Origin: an uncultured cyanobacterium | Lineage (GTDB): Bacteria > Cyanobacteriota > Cyanobacteriia > CAKZMO01 | Assembly: GCA_963719515.1 (NCBI GenBank) | Contig: CAVRCJ010000010.1 | Coordinates: forward strand, 640,001 to 704,000 | Length of the DNA: 64,000 bases | Direction: 5' to 3' | In this document: positions 1 through 10,158 of the stretch, piece by piece | Layout of the letters: the number at the start of each line of letters is the position of its first letter | Position numbering within the stretch: the stretch's first letter is position 1 | Program-made: the position numbers and the translations under genes | Notes under the pieces: model-generated | What the model saw: only the letters and a program-made list of their open reading frames with translations | Told to the model about the DNA's origin: nothing | The model's database searches: none

Positions 1-459
1 ACGAACCCGTACCCAGCCCAACTGAGGCAGCTTGATGCCATCCGCGCTGATGCAGTTCTTGAGCATCTGCGGAAAGACCAAACTCCGCATCCGGTTAGGC
101 TGCTTGAAACGAGGAAATCCCGACCGTTTCAGTCGCCACGCCTCCCACGCTATTTCTAGCTTCCTCAACACCTGCTGCAGCACCTGTGCATTAACGCTCT
201 TTAGCACCTCAAAAGTCTGCTTAGCCGCCGTCAGCCGCTTGGCCTGCTTTGGGTAACTAGGGAACGGCTCATCTGCTGGAAGAATGTACTCACCCCGCAG
301 TGAGCAAGCGTTGACAGGTGACTTGCGGGAATCTAGCCAGTCTTTGCGTTCCCGTAGGGCGAAGTTCCAGACGTTGCGACACACCGACAAACTGTGCTCA
401 ATCTCCGCAACTTGCTTAGCGGTCGGCTCTAGCTTGAATTCCCACGTCATGTTTAGCAT
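1..459 (-). CDS. tnpB: TnpB RNA-guided endonuclease (IS200/IS605 family), N-terminal part, runs off window
   Basis: Not in ORF track. Manual translation MLNMTWEFKLEPTAKQ...VWNFALRERKDWLDSRK...GFPRFKQ...IKLPQLGWVRVR gives a typical TnpB HTH/N-terminal region. Confidence 0.9.
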   Translation of the reverse strand, partial: MLNMTWEFKLEPTAKQVAEIEHSLSVCRNVWNFALRERKDWLDSRKSPVNACSLRGEYILPADEPFPSYPKQAKRLTAAKQTFEVLKSVNAQVLQQVLRKLEIAWEAWRLKRSGFPRFKQPNRMRSLVFPQMLKNCISADGIKLPQLGWVRVR

Positions 460-570
460 GTCTACATCCTAGCATCGCACTCTGTAGATTGCTCGCCTTT
501 GACTCGCGGAGCTGCTACACCACCCCCTAACCGCTGCGCGGTATAGTCGGAGTACTGCAACTCATTTTTG
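1..570 (-). mobile_element. IS200/IS605 (tnpB-type) element, left end; predicted target CTAT at 571-574
   Basis: Minus strand reads CTAT|CAAAAATGAGTTGC-AGTA-CTCCGACTATACCGCGCAGCGGTTAGGGG: a subterminal hairpin with AGTA at its foot, directly upstream of tnpB. Confidence 0.65.
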
Positions 571-608
571 ATAGAGCATTGACGGTTCACCAAGCAGGTA
601 TCTGGGGC

Positions 609-2018
609 GTGACAATAGCTGACGACGACAACTCCACGACACAAGCCTCCGCGACACAAACAGCGTCCCGTCAAGAGCTGCGAGAGCTAGTGCGACGGCA
701 GCTGCAGGCTTTGCTGGAGCAAAACAACCTCCAGGGCGCTAAGGCGCTGCTGATTCCGGTGCAGCCCGCCGATATCGCCGACGCTATCGAAGGATTGCCG
801 GAAACCATGCAGGCGATCGCCTTTCGGCTACTGCTCAAAAGCGAGGCCATCGAAGTCTACGAGCACCTAGACTCCAGCGTGCAGCAGTCGCTGCTGGAGA
901 AGTTCAAGCGCCAAGAGGTGCTCAACATCGTCGACGAGATGTCGCCGGACGATCGGGCGAGGCTGTTTGACGAGCTGCCCGCCAAAGTGATCACCCGGCT
1001 GCTGTCGCAGATGAGCGTGGAAGAGCGCCGCTCTACGGCTCAGCTGCTGGGCTACGAGGCCGACACTGCTGGCCGGATGATGACCCCGGAATACGTGGCC
1101 CTCAAGGAAAGCTGGACGGTAGCCCAGGCGCTGGACCGCATCCGCAGTCTGGCCCACGTCAGCGAAACCATCTACTCCCTCTACGTCATCGACCGGGCCC
1201 GCCAGCTCACCGGCATTCTGTCCCTGCGAGATCTGGTGATTGCCCAGCCCGAGCAGACCATCGGCGACATCATGGTGCGGGAATTCGTCTATGTGCAGAC
1301 GGACAGTGACCGGGAGGAAGCGGCCCGGCTGATCCAGCGCTACGACTTTTTGGCGCTGCCGGTGGTGGATACGGAAAAGCGGCTGGTGGGTATTGTCACC
1401 GTGGACGATATTTTGGACGTGCTGGAGGAGGAGACCACCGAAGACATTTACACTCTAGGCGGGGTGCAGTCTGGGGCCGACAGCTACTTCCAGACCAATC
1501 TGCTCACCGTGGCGCGGCGGCGGGTGGTGTGGCTGTTTATTTTGCTGATTACCAGCATCGCCACCAGCGCCGTGATTCGCAGCCAGGAGGCGGTGTTAGA
1601 CCGGTTTGTGGCCCTGACGGCGTTTATTCCGCTGTTGATTAGCGCCGGGGGCAACGTGGGGGCGCAGTCTTCTACGGTAGTCATTCGGGGTCTGAACACC
1701 GACGAGGTGAACCTGAAAAAGGCGGCGCAGGTCATTCGCCGGGAGGCGATCGCCGGGACGCTGTTGGGGGTGATGCTGGGGTTTGCGGCCATGCTGGTGG
1801 CCTATAGCCTGCAGGGAAACTTTCCGGTGGCGGCGATCGTGGGGGTGAGTTTGGTGGGGATTTCGATCATGGCGTCGGTGGCGGGCTCAGCGCTACCGAT
1901 GCTGTTTCAAAAGGTGGGGTTTGACCCGGCGCTGATGTCGGCCCCGTTCATCACGACGGCGGTGGATGTGCTGGGGGTGACCATCTATCTGGGAATTGCG
2001 CGACTCGTGTTGCTGTAG
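609..2018 (+). CDS. mgtE: Magnesium transporter MgtE
   Basis: MgtE_N, tandem CBS domains, GGNVGAQS and DPALMSAPFITTAVDV transmembrane motifs. GTG 609 preferred; TTG 579 possible. Confidence 0.95.
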   Translation: MTIADDDNSTTQASATQTASRQELRELVRRQLQALLEQNNLQGAKALLIPVQPADIADAIEGLPETMQAIAFRLLLKSEAIEVYEHLDSSVQQSLLEKFKRQEVLNIVDEMSPDDRARLFDELPAKVITRLLSQMSVEERRSTAQLLGYEADTAGRMMTPEYVALKESWTVAQALDRIRSLAHVSETIYSLYVIDRARQLTGILSLRDLVIAQPEQTIGDIMVREFVYVQTDSDREEAARLIQRYDFLALPVVDTEKRLVGIVTVDDILDVLEEETTEDIYTLGGVQSGADSYFQTNLLTVARRRVVWLFILLITSIATSAVIRSQEAVLDRFVALTAFIPLLISAGGNVGAQSSTVVIRGLNTDEVNLKKAAQVIRREAIAGTLLGVMLGFAAMLVAYSLQGNFPVAAIVGVSLVGISIMASVAGSALPMLFQKVGFDPALMSAPFITTAVDVLGVTIYLGIARLVLL

Positions 2019-2037
2019 CGCTGCCGCCCCACAAAGT

Positions 2038-2083
2038 TTAGGTAAACCGGCGCTTAGGTAAACCGGCGCTTAGGCAAACCGGT
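2038..2083. repeat. 16-bp tandem repeat (TTAGGTAAACCGGCGC, about 3 copies)
   Basis: Read directly; the last copy overlaps the stop codon of the 2070-2372 ORF. Confidence 0.9.
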
Positions 2084-2372
2084 TGTCAAAGGAGGCGATC
2101 GCCCCCACGTCGTCCATCTCGATATCAAAGTCTGGGTCCGGATCGACAGGCTGCTCTGACCCTAGCTTGGCTAGGGGCCTGTTGGAAAGTTCGGGTAGCC
2201 TGGTCGGGGAAGCGGGGAGGGCCGGCGCTGCTGCCCTCAGTTCGGCCTGCATCTTAGCCGGGTCGCAGCGCTTCCAGAGGTTAACGAGGCCCAGGGCAAA
2301 CCCTGTCGTTAGCCAGCTCGCGCTCCCCAGGGCAAGCGCTTCAAGGGCGAAGGTCAACAGGCTTTGGGTCAT
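2070..2372 (-). CDS. Hypothetical membrane protein
   Basis: 100 aa, N-terminal hydrophobic helix, acidic tail. Confidence 0.55.
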   Translation of the reverse strand: MTQSLLTFALEALALGSASWLTTGFALGLVNLWKRCDPAKMQAELRAAAPALPASPTRLPELSNRPLAKLGSEQPVDPDPDFDIEMDDVGAIASFDNRFA

Positions 2373-2552
2373 GACGTTAGAAGCAGGAAACGATACTGCT
2401 TATAGTTATACAGCAGGGGCGGCTTCAGGCCTGAGCGCTCTAGCGATAGCGACCCCTAGCGGTCACAATATGCTCAAACTGAGAGCCGCCCTCCGGCAAC
2501 TCGCGAATGCTAAGATCGTGCAGCTCATTCCACTATTACTATCGCGATTGCT

Positions 2553-2738
2553 ATGACCAGTCCAAATGGCCGAGAGAATAAGCGCATCATTCTGTCTATT
2601 TTCGGCGTAGCGCTTCTGATAACAGCCGTCATCATCATCCTCAAGGGGTTTGGCGTTCTGGCCGCAATTCCCACCTTCGTAATCTGGGCGCTAGTTCTGA
2701 TTACCGTCGGCGTCGGCATCTTGGCGGGCATGGGATAA
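2553..2738 (+). CDS. Small two-TM membrane protein
   Basis: 61 aa with two hydrophobic segments. Confidence 0.65.
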   Translation: MTSPNGRENKRIILSIFGVALLITAVIIILKGFGVLAAIPTFVIWALVLITVGVGILAGMG

Positions 2739-2743
2739 CCTCC

Positions 2744-5700
2744 CTAGGGCCTTGCGGCCTTCTCCAGCGATCGCCTTACCGCTTTGCGTCGCCGTCGTTT
2801 CATCAGGCTGCCGAGCCCGTCTTGAAACGCATCTACATAGGTAAAGATCACGGGCACTACCACCAGGGTGAGTAGCGTAGAGGTGGTAAACCCACCAATA
2901 ACGGCGATCGCCATGGGGCTGCGGGTTTCAGACCCGGCCCCTAGCTCCAAGGCAATGGGCAGCATACCCGCAATAGTCGCCAGGGCGGTCATCAGGATAG
3001 GCCGCAGGCGAGACACGCCGGCCTCTAGGGCGGCCTGAGTGCGCGACTTGCCTTCCTGCTTATTGAGCAGGGCGTAGTCTACCAGCAGAATTGAGTTCTT
3101 CGTCACGATTCCCATCAGCAGCACGACGCCGATGAGGGCAAACAGCCCCAGCTCTTTTTGAGCCACCAGCAGCCCCAGCAGCGCGCCGCCAATGGACAGA
3201 GGCAGGGCCACCATGATGGTCAACGGGTGGAGAAATCCGTTGTAGAGCAGCACCAAAATGGCGTAGATGCAGAGCACCGCCGTCCCCAACGCCAGCCCAA
3301 AGCGGCTAAAGATATCTTGCATAATTTCCGCGTCCCCCGAGGGCTGCTGCGACACGCTATCGGGCAGAGCCTCGAAGGCAGGCAGAGCGCTTACGGCGTC
3401 TAGCCCCTCCCCTAAAGAGAGACCCTGCAGGTTCGCCCCCAAGGTGACCTGACGGGAGCGATCGTAGCGGTCGATTTGGGCGGGGCCAGAGCCAAGGGTA
3501 ACCTCTGCAACTGCCGCCAAGGGCACCAGACTGCCACTGCGGCTGGGGACTCTGAGATTGCGAATCGCGTCTATATCGTTGCGCTGGGCCGGGTCAATCT
3601 GCACGCGAATAGGAATTTGACGGTCGGGGAGGTCGAACTTAGCTAGGTTGGCGGCGTTGTCGCCCAGGGTGGCGAGGGACGCCGTACGGGCGATCGCCTG
3701 CACCGACACGCCCAGATCGGCGGCGCGGGCCGGATCGGGGCGAATCAGCAGCTCCGGCTTCACCAGGCTGGCGCTGGAGCTTACCTCAACCAAGCCTGGA
3801 ACGGCTTTCATTTGCTGCTCAAGCGCGCGGACAGACTGCAGCAGCTCCTCGGGGACGTCGCCCTTCAGCACCAGGCTGAGGTCCTTGCCGCCGCCGCCCG
3901 CCCCTTGACTTTCGAAGCTGATGCGCGCGCCGGGAATCGTCCTAAACTGCTCCCGCAGAGCCGACTCAAAGTCCTGCTGCGACTCACGCTCCGATTTGGG
4001 CTTTAAGTTGACGTAGACGGTGGCGGTGTTGACGCTTCGCGACGGGCCGCTGCTCCCGCCTACAGTGCTCAGCACTGAATCTGTTGCGGGCTGTTCGCTC
4101 AGCAGAGCCGTCAGCCGCTGCGTCACCCCATCGGTCTCTTCTAAGGTGGCACCGGGGGGCAGCTCGACCGCAACGGTCGCCAGTCCCGTATCCCCGCTGT
4201 CAAAGAGCCCTTTGGGAATGTAGGGCAACAGCTGTAGGCTGCCCACGAAAAAGGCGATCGCCAGCAGCAGGGTAATGGCCCGGTGGCGCAAGGCCCAGAC
4301 CAAAATGCGCTGGTAGGGACCAATTCGGGGGTGAGTTATAGCTGATACTGAGGCGCTGTCGCTGCGGTCTGCTTTAGAGCGCGACGCCCCTCGCCCCCCG
4401 CGCGATCGTGACCTCAGCAGCCGCGCGCCCAGTAAATTGGTCATCGTGCGGGCCACCAGCGTCGAAAACATTACCGATACCGACACCACCACCCCAAAGG
4501 GCTGAAAGAACTGCCCTGGTATCCCCCCCATAAACGCGACGGGAATAAACACAGCGACAATAGTAGCCGTGGTGGCAATTACCGCTAACCCAATTTCCGC
4601 TGAAGCGTCTAGCGCCGCCTTTAGGGGCGGCTTGCCCATGGCGATGTGCTGCTCAATATTTTCAATCTCGACAATGGCGTCATCCACCAAGATGCCCACG
4701 GCTAGGGCCAGAGCCAGCAGGGTCATGCCGTTCAGGGTGTAGTCAAACAGGTTCATCACCGCAAAGGTGGGGATGATGGAAAGGGGCAGGGTCGCCGCCG
4801 TAATTAGGGTCGGTCGCCAATCGCGCAGGAAGCAGCCCACCACCACCACCGTCAGCAGCGCCCCGATTACCAGAGCATCGATAGTGGCTTGGTAGGACTC
4901 GCGCACGTCGTTGGCGCGGGTGACGATCAGGTCTAAGGTGACGTCGTCTAGGGTACCTTGCAGGGTCTCCACCTTGGCCCGCACGCCCTCTTCGACGGAC
5001 ACTAAGCTGGTGCCCGTACTGCGCAGTACCGAAAAGGCCACCACCGGTTCGCCGTTGTAGCGGGCCAGCTGGCTCAGTTCAGCGTAGCCGTCCATCACGC
5101 TCCCCAAGCTGTTTAGCGGCACGCTGCTGCCGCTGGGCAACACAATTTTGTACGCTTGCAGGGCCTCCACCGTGGGGGCACTCCCCAAGGTGCGAATGTT
5201 GGTTTCCCCGGTGCTCAGGTCTGTGCGGCCTCCCGGTAGATTGATGTTGAAGTCGCGAATCTGGCTGTTGACCTCGCTTGCGGTGATGCCGAGAGCCCGC
5301 AGCCTCTGAGGGTCTAGGTCTACCCGAATCTCCCGCTCAACGCCGCCAACGCGCTGCACCTGGGCGACCCCCGGCACATCGAGCAGGGCGCGGCTGATGG
5401 TGCGGTCCACCAGATCGCTCAGCTCCTCCACCGATCGCGTCTCAGAGCCGACGGCGTAGGTCATGATGGATCCCCCCGCAAACTCCAGACGCTGCACCAC
5501 TGGGTCATTGATGTCTAGGGGCAGATCCTGGCGAATTTGGGCGATCGCGTTGCGGACGTCGTTGGTGGCGCGATCGCTGTCGGTCCCCAGGTCAAAGCTG
5601 ACCAGCGTTGTAGAGATGCCGTCATCAATAGTGGAGGTAAGGCTGTCAATATTGCCAATGCCCGCCACCGCATCTTCAATCTTCTGGGTGACTTGAGATT

Positions 5701-5878
5701 CAAGCTCTGCCGGTCCGGCCCCCTGCTGGGTTACCGTCACCTGCACCGCCGGAATATCGATGTTGGGCGTATCATCGATGCCCAGCTGGGTAAACCCCAG
5801 CCAGCCGGCCAGGGTCAAGATTAAAAATAGGACCAGAGTCGGAATGGGCTTGCGGATGGACCAGGCAGAAAGGCTCAT
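2744..5878 (-). CDS. RND efflux transporter permease (AcrB/AcrD/AcrF family)
   Basis: 1044 aa; GILVDDAIVEIENI and RLRPILMT motifs. Confidence 0.95.
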   Translation of the reverse strand: MSLSAWSIRKPIPTLVLFLILTLAGWLGFTQLGIDDTPNIDIPAVQVTVTQQGAGPAELESQVTQKIEDAVAGIGNIDSLTSTIDDGISTTLVSFDLGTDSDRATNDVRNAIAQIRQDLPLDINDPVVQRLEFAGGSIMTYAVGSETRSVEELSDLVDRTISRALLDVPGVAQVQRVGGVEREIRVDLDPQRLRALGITASEVNSQIRDFNINLPGGRTDLSTGETNIRTLGSAPTVEALQAYKIVLPSGSSVPLNSLGSVMDGYAELSQLARYNGEPVVAFSVLRSTGTSLVSVEEGVRAKVETLQGTLDDVTLDLIVTRANDVRESYQATIDALVIGALLTVVVVGCFLRDWRPTLITAATLPLSIIPTFAVMNLFDYTLNGMTLLALALAVGILVDDAIVEIENIEQHIAMGKPPLKAALDASAEIGLAVIATTATIVAVFIPVAFMGGIPGQFFQPFGVVVSVSVMFSTLVARTMTNLLGARLLRSRSRGGRGASRSKADRSDSASVSAITHPRIGPYQRILVWALRHRAITLLLAIAFFVGSLQLLPYIPKGLFDSGDTGLATVAVELPPGATLEETDGVTQRLTALLSEQPATDSVLSTVGGSSGPSRSVNTATVYVNLKPKSERESQQDFESALREQFRTIPGARISFESQGAGGGGKDLSLVLKGDVPEELLQSVRALEQQMKAVPGLVEVSSSASLVKPELLIRPDPARAADLGVSVQAIARTASLATLGDNAANLAKFDLPDRQIPIRVQIDPAQRNDIDAIRNLRVPSRSGSLVPLAAVAEVTLGSGPAQIDRYDRSRQVTLGANLQGLSLGEGLDAVSALPAFEALPDSVSQQPSGDAEIMQDIFSRFGLALGTAVLCIYAILVLLYNGFLHPLTIMVALPLSIGGALLGLLVAQKELGLFALIGVVLLMGIVTKNSILLVDYALLNKQEGKSRTQAALEAGVSRLRPILMTALATIAGMLPIALELGAGSETRSPMAIAVIGGFTTSTLLTLVVVPVIFTYVDAFQDGLGSLMKRRRRKAVRRSLEKAARP

Positions 5879-5931
5879 GGGGATAGCAAAAGATTAGGGG
5901 AACCTCGAAAGGCTAAAGCGGTATTGTTCCA

Positions 5932-5956
5932 AACTAGTTCGAACTAGTTCGAACTA
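5932..5956. repeat. 10-bp tandem repeat AACTAGTTCG (2.5 copies)
   Basis: Read directly; overlaps the MFP stop codon. Confidence 0.8.
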
Positions 5957-7333
5957 ATCTGAGACATTGTCGGCAACGACATCCACCACGTCACCGCTGT
6001 TGACGTAGCCTGCCCCCTGAGCCACAATGCGATCGCCTTGTGATAGCCCTGACGTGATCTCGATGCGGGCAAGGGCGGGGTCGGCGCTGTCCAGCAGTTC
6101 CCCCAACTCAACGGTCACAGCCTGGGCGACTGCAGCCTCGTCCCCAGCCTCGCCGCCCTCAACGCGATACACCGTCGCCGTCCCGTCAGCGCGCGGAATC
6201 ACCGCCTGGGCCGGAACCGTCAGCCCCGTCGCGGTGGAGGTGGTGATAGCGGCCCGCAGAAACATTCCGGGACGCAGTAGATCGGACGGGGGAAGGTCTA
6301 CAAAGACTGCCGCATCTCGGGTGTCGCTATCGATCAGGGGAGCAATCTCTCTCACCGTTCCCGAGAGCTGAATGCGGGGGTCGGCGTCGGACGTGACGGT
6401 GACGGTAGCCCCAACGCTCACCTGGGGCAGCTGGGTTTCGGGAACGTCAACCTGCAGCTCTAGGAGGCGATCGCGAATGATGGAGAACAGCTGGGTTGTA
6501 CTAGACGTCACGTCTCCCACCCGCGCCATGCGTTCAGCCACTAAGCCGCTGGCGGGCGCTTTGACCTGAGTCTGCTCGAGTTGAGTTTGCAGCTGCTGAC
6601 TTTGGGCTTGTCGGCTGCGCACCTCGGCCCTAGCGCTGCTGAGGTTGGCCTGGGCAACCCGCAGATCTTCTTGGGCGGTGATGGCGGCAGTGGCGCGAGT
6701 CTCTAGGGCCTCAGTGCTAATGGCCCCCTCCGCAGCTAGGCTCTCATACCGCCCCACCTGGGCGCGCGCTTCGCTCAGCCGGGCGTCGGCCTGGGTCAAA
6801 GCGGCCTCCTGCTGTCGCACCCGCGCCTGGGTTGCTTCTAGGTCGGCCTGCGCTTCCGTCAGCTGGGCTTCTAACAGGGCGCGGTCGAGCACCGCCAACA
6901 CCTGCCCCGCTGAGACGCGATCGCCTTCATCCACCAATACCCGCTGCACCTGCAGCCCCGACGCTCGCGGCAAAATTGGCAGTAGGTCATAGGCCTCCAC
7001 CGTTCCCGTGGCCTCTAAGGTGCGGCTCACAGAGCTAAGCTCGACTTCCGCCACCGTGACGGCCTGGGCAGCCGCTGCGCTTACCGACTCCGTCGGCGCT
7101 GGTGCGGTGGGCGCGCTGCGCCGTCCAAAGGTAGCCGCCCCCATCAGCAGGCCCAGACCAATCCCAGCGGCCAACCCTACCTTGCCGGAGAACCACCCCT
7201 TTTGAGACTTCTGACTGGGTGTCCGGTGGCCCGAATCTACTAAGGCATCAGGTGGGGTGGGGTGAGAATCAGGGCGCGCCCCGTCCTGGAAGGGGCGATC
7301 GCTTTCGGAGGGGGGCAATAGATTGCGGGTCAT
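5954..7333 (-). CDS. RND efflux periplasmic adaptor (MFP) subunit
   Basis: TM anchor, lipoyl halves (VDEGDRVSAGQVL; VKAPASGLV), coiled-coil hairpin, LRPGMF motif; upstream of the RND permease. Confidence 0.95.
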   Translation of the reverse strand: MTRNLLPPSESDRPFQDGARPDSHPTPPDALVDSGHRTPSQKSQKGWFSGKVGLAAGIGLGLLMGAATFGRRSAPTAPAPTESVSAAAAQAVTVAEVELSSVSRTLEATGTVEAYDLLPILPRASGLQVQRVLVDEGDRVSAGQVLAVLDRALLEAQLTEAQADLEATQARVRQQEAALTQADARLSEARAQVGRYESLAAEGAISTEALETRATAAITAQEDLRVAQANLSSARAEVRSRQAQSQQLQTQLEQTQVKAPASGLVAERMARVGDVTSSTTQLFSIIRDRLLELQVDVPETQLPQVSVGATVTVTSDADPRIQLSGTVREIAPLIDSDTRDAAVFVDLPPSDLLRPGMFLRAAITTSTATGLTVPAQAVIPRADGTATVYRVEGGEAGDEAAVAQAVTVELGELLDSADPALARIEITSGLSQGDRIVAQGAGYVNSGDVVDVVADNVSD

Positions 7334-7466
7334 GGGAGGAATTTACCTAGCCGTTTTAACGCGACTGGGCCAAAAAGTTACAGATTGTTACTTCAATTCT
7401 AAACGAACAAATTGTGTGCCTGGTAAAACAGGTGCGGAAAGGGGCATAAATTTTGGTTATTCCCCC

Positions 7467-7573
7467 AAATGGGCTATGGCAAAGTGGGCTATGGCAAAGT
7501 GGGCTACGGCATAAGTGGGCTACGGCATAAGTGGGCTACGGCCCAAGAGGGCTACGGCCCAAATGGCTACGGC
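7467..7573. repeat. Degenerate 14-16 bp tandem array, 7 copies of (A)AAGTGGGCTA(T/C)GGC
   Basis: Read directly; no spacers. Confidence 0.9.
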
Positions 7574-7682
7574 TAAAAAGATAGGGGCACAGCCCTCTGC
7601 GCCCCTACGTTGCTTTTTATAGCTGTGCCCCTGCGCCCTGGTTCAAAACTGCGCCAGAGTCAACCAAAGCTTAGACCCAAAG

Positions 7683-8567
7683 CTACGCCGCTTCCCAGAG
7701 CTCTCGCACTTTACCCGGTAAACAACCAGAAATTTCTTGAATCCGGTCTTGGGAGATTTCTTCCTTGGTCGCGGAAAAGACCGCCTTAATGACCCGCTCA
7801 GGATCGGCGCTGCGCTGCATGCTGGACTCGTTGGAGACCCGGAAAATGAAGTCGCTGTCATCCACTGCCAGAAGGCCCGATCCCTGCTTAAAGGGAGGAC
7901 GAATGCGGCTCAAGAAGCCCACGATAGGATTCGTATCTTTCCACAGCTCAGAAATCTCGTTTTGAAGCGCCTTATCCTCAGTCGCCTCATCTGCAGGCTT
8001 GCCCTTAAGCTCTGCCGCAACGCGGTCAGAGGCTTCTGTCGTCATCATGTCTCGCATGACGCGATACACCACCTCAGTGATGTCGCGGGCGTCAAAGATG
8101 TCCTCAAGTTCGCCCTTGAGCATAATCTTTTCAAGGAAAGGCATATCTTTAGTCGCAATCGGAGTCGCCGGCCCCGTCTCCAGAGCCTTGGGAGGATTGG
8201 CGTTCATCTTTTCTAACAGACGGCGTCCCCGGTCCGTCAGCTCCGCCTTTTCAAATTCGATTAGGTGGGGCAGCGGACCGTCTTCTGCGCCAAACGTGTT
8301 GGCGACGCGGGCCTCTACCTGGTCGGAGTCAACTAGGTCGGGAACATCTTCTTGAGTGGCGTAGGCGTTGCCTGAAAATTGGGCATCAATATAGCCCTTT
8401 TGATTCATGTAGTCGAGGTGACCCAAAAGGTCTACTTTCGACAGGAACCGTCCGGTAAAGTCAGTCTCTGATAGCTGAACGGTATGCTTGCCCTCTGCGT
8501 TCTTGTCCCCTGCGGCAATCTTCTTAAGCAGGATGTAGGCAACATCTTCTCGTAAATCGATTGGCAT
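7683..8567 (-). CDS. DUF2267-domain protein with N-terminal winged-helix-like domain
   Basis: C-terminus FLEKIM...ARDITEVVYRVMRD...AVFSATKEEIS...LPGKVRELW resembles DUF2267. Confidence 0.75.
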   Translation of the reverse strand: MPIDLREDVAYILLKKIAAGDKNAEGKHTVQLSETDFTGRFLSKVDLLGHLDYMNQKGYIDAQFSGNAYATQEDVPDLVDSDQVEARVANTFGAEDGPLPHLIEFEKAELTDRGRRLLEKMNANPPKALETGPATPIATKDMPFLEKIMLKGELEDIFDARDITEVVYRVMRDMMTTEASDRVAAELKGKPADEATEDKALQNEISELWKDTNPIVGFLSRIRPPFKQGSGLLAVDDSDFIFRVSNESSMQRSADPERVIKAVFSATKEEISQDRIQEISGCLPGKVRELWEAA

Positions 8568-8883
8568 ATTCGTCTCCTAACTTCAAAATATATATACTGA
8601 TCAGCAGCGAAAATTAGACCCAAGGACGGTGTCGCTGTGTACGCCGCTTCCAAATAACTGAAACTGAGCTAATCAGCCTTAGTGTTTCTCCACATGTGCC
8701 TCTCGCACCGAGCCGAGCTTACCTTTACGCCGCTGCCACCGGTTAGCATACGGTGAATGGAGGACGGGATCATCTGCTTTGAGAGATATTCTGACTGCAA
8801 AAGTCGGGAATAGAAGGCCAGATGTCAAAATAATGCTCAAACAAACTGCTCGAACAGAACGTCCAATTAGTACTGGTCAGTGC

Positions 8884-10158
8884 TCAACGCGTGGACTGAG
8901 ACCGAAACCGCTTTAGAATACCTGCGGCGATCGCGGCACTCCCAATCCAGACCAGCCAAAGGGCGATGCTCCAGTTGACATCCCAGGGAAAAGACTGCTG
9001 AAGGGCCGGTTCCCAGGACTTCCCGGCGTGGTCCAATGCCCACCCGCCCAAGGCAGGACCCAGAACAAAGCCAATGGCCCAACATTCTGAATCCAGCGCG
9101 AAGTAAATGCCCCGCAGTGAGGCCGGGGCCATATCTGCCACGAGCGCCGAGGCCGCAGGGCCATAAAGAATTTCCGCTAGGGCAATCAGGGTAAAGGCAA
9201 TGGCCGTCAGGCTCCATAGCCCTGATGGCGCAGTGCCCACTAGCCAAATAAACCCAAAGCCACCCGCCCACAGGCCCAAGGAGCCCAGGAGGATATCGAC
9301 GTGGGACAGCGATCGCAGGAGGCGAACCACGGGGAGCTGCAGCACAATTTTGAGCAGGGCATGGCCGCCAAAAAAGTAGCTGATAGCCTGCGCAGAGAAG
9401 GGCTGTGCCGGAACGCGGGTGAGGTAGAGGGGCAGGGTGGTGCTGAGCTGAGCGACGTAGGTGGTGAAAAATAGATTGGCGGCTAGATAAGTCAGCAGGC
9501 GGCGATCGCTCAACGCCTCCCCCCAAGACGGCAGCAGCGGCAGCGGGGTCTGAGTCGGGCGGGTCTCGGCAATGGCAATGGCGACAACGGCTCCAAACAA
9601 TAGGTAGGCCAGTCCCTTGCCCACAAACAGGCTGCTGTAGCTTCCCGCCATCGCCACGTACTGCCCCGCCAGCAGCGCCCCCAGCCCCAGCCCCAGATTG
9701 TCCGCCAGGCGGGTAATCGCCATGGCGTCGGTACGCTGCTCAGAAGAGGTCAAGTCGGTGATGACGGTGAGGGTCGTCGGCCAATAGAGGCTGGTGCCCA
9801 GCCCCAGGAGGAGATTCCCCAGAACGAGCAGCGGCAGCGTTTGGGCCGCCGCCAGCACGAAGCTCCCCGCCGCCGCGATCGCCGCCGCCAGCAGGAGTGC
9901 CCCGCGACGTCCCAGCCGCGGAGAGTCCACGGCGCTACCGGCCCAAAACCGCCCTAGGGTTCCCGAAAGGCCCATGCTTCCCTGCGCTAGGCCCACCTGA
10001 GTCGGGGAGAACCCCAGCTCATTGACGAAGTAAATCGACGCATAAACTAGCGTGACGCCTTGCCCAATGAACAGCAAGAGCTGTCCCGCCGCCAGGATCC
10101 AGACCTCTCGCCGCAACGAGGGCAGCCAGCCCGGCGGCTTTGATATTAATGGTGGCAT
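8884..10158 (-). CDS. MFS transporter
   Basis: About 12 TM segments; motif A-like GSAVDSPRLGRR. Confidence 0.9.
   Translation of the reverse strand: MPPLISKPPGWLPSLRREVWILAAGQLLLFIGQGVTLVYASIYFVNELGFSPTQVGLAQGSMGLSGTLGRFWAGSAVDSPRLGRRGALLLAAAIAAAGSFVLAAAQTLPLLVLGNLLLGLGTSLYWPTTLTVITDLTSSEQRTDAMAITRLADNLGLGLGALLAGQYVAMAGSYSSLFVGKGLAYLLFGAVVAIAIAETRPTQTPLPLLPSWGEALSDRRLLTYLAANLFFTTYVAQLSTTLPLYLTRVPAQPFSAQAISYFFGGHALLKIVLQLPVVRLLRSLSHVDILLGSLGLWAGGFGFIWLVGTAPSGLWSLTAIAFTLIALAEILYGPAASALVADMAPASLRGIYFALDSECWAIGFVLGPALGGWALDHAGKSWEPALQQSFPWDVNWSIALWLVWIGSAAIAAGILKRFRSQSTR

Noticed and set aside
7467..7573. Possible CRISPR array
   Set aside because: Units are 14-16 bp, contiguous and without unique spacers; no cas genes in the window.
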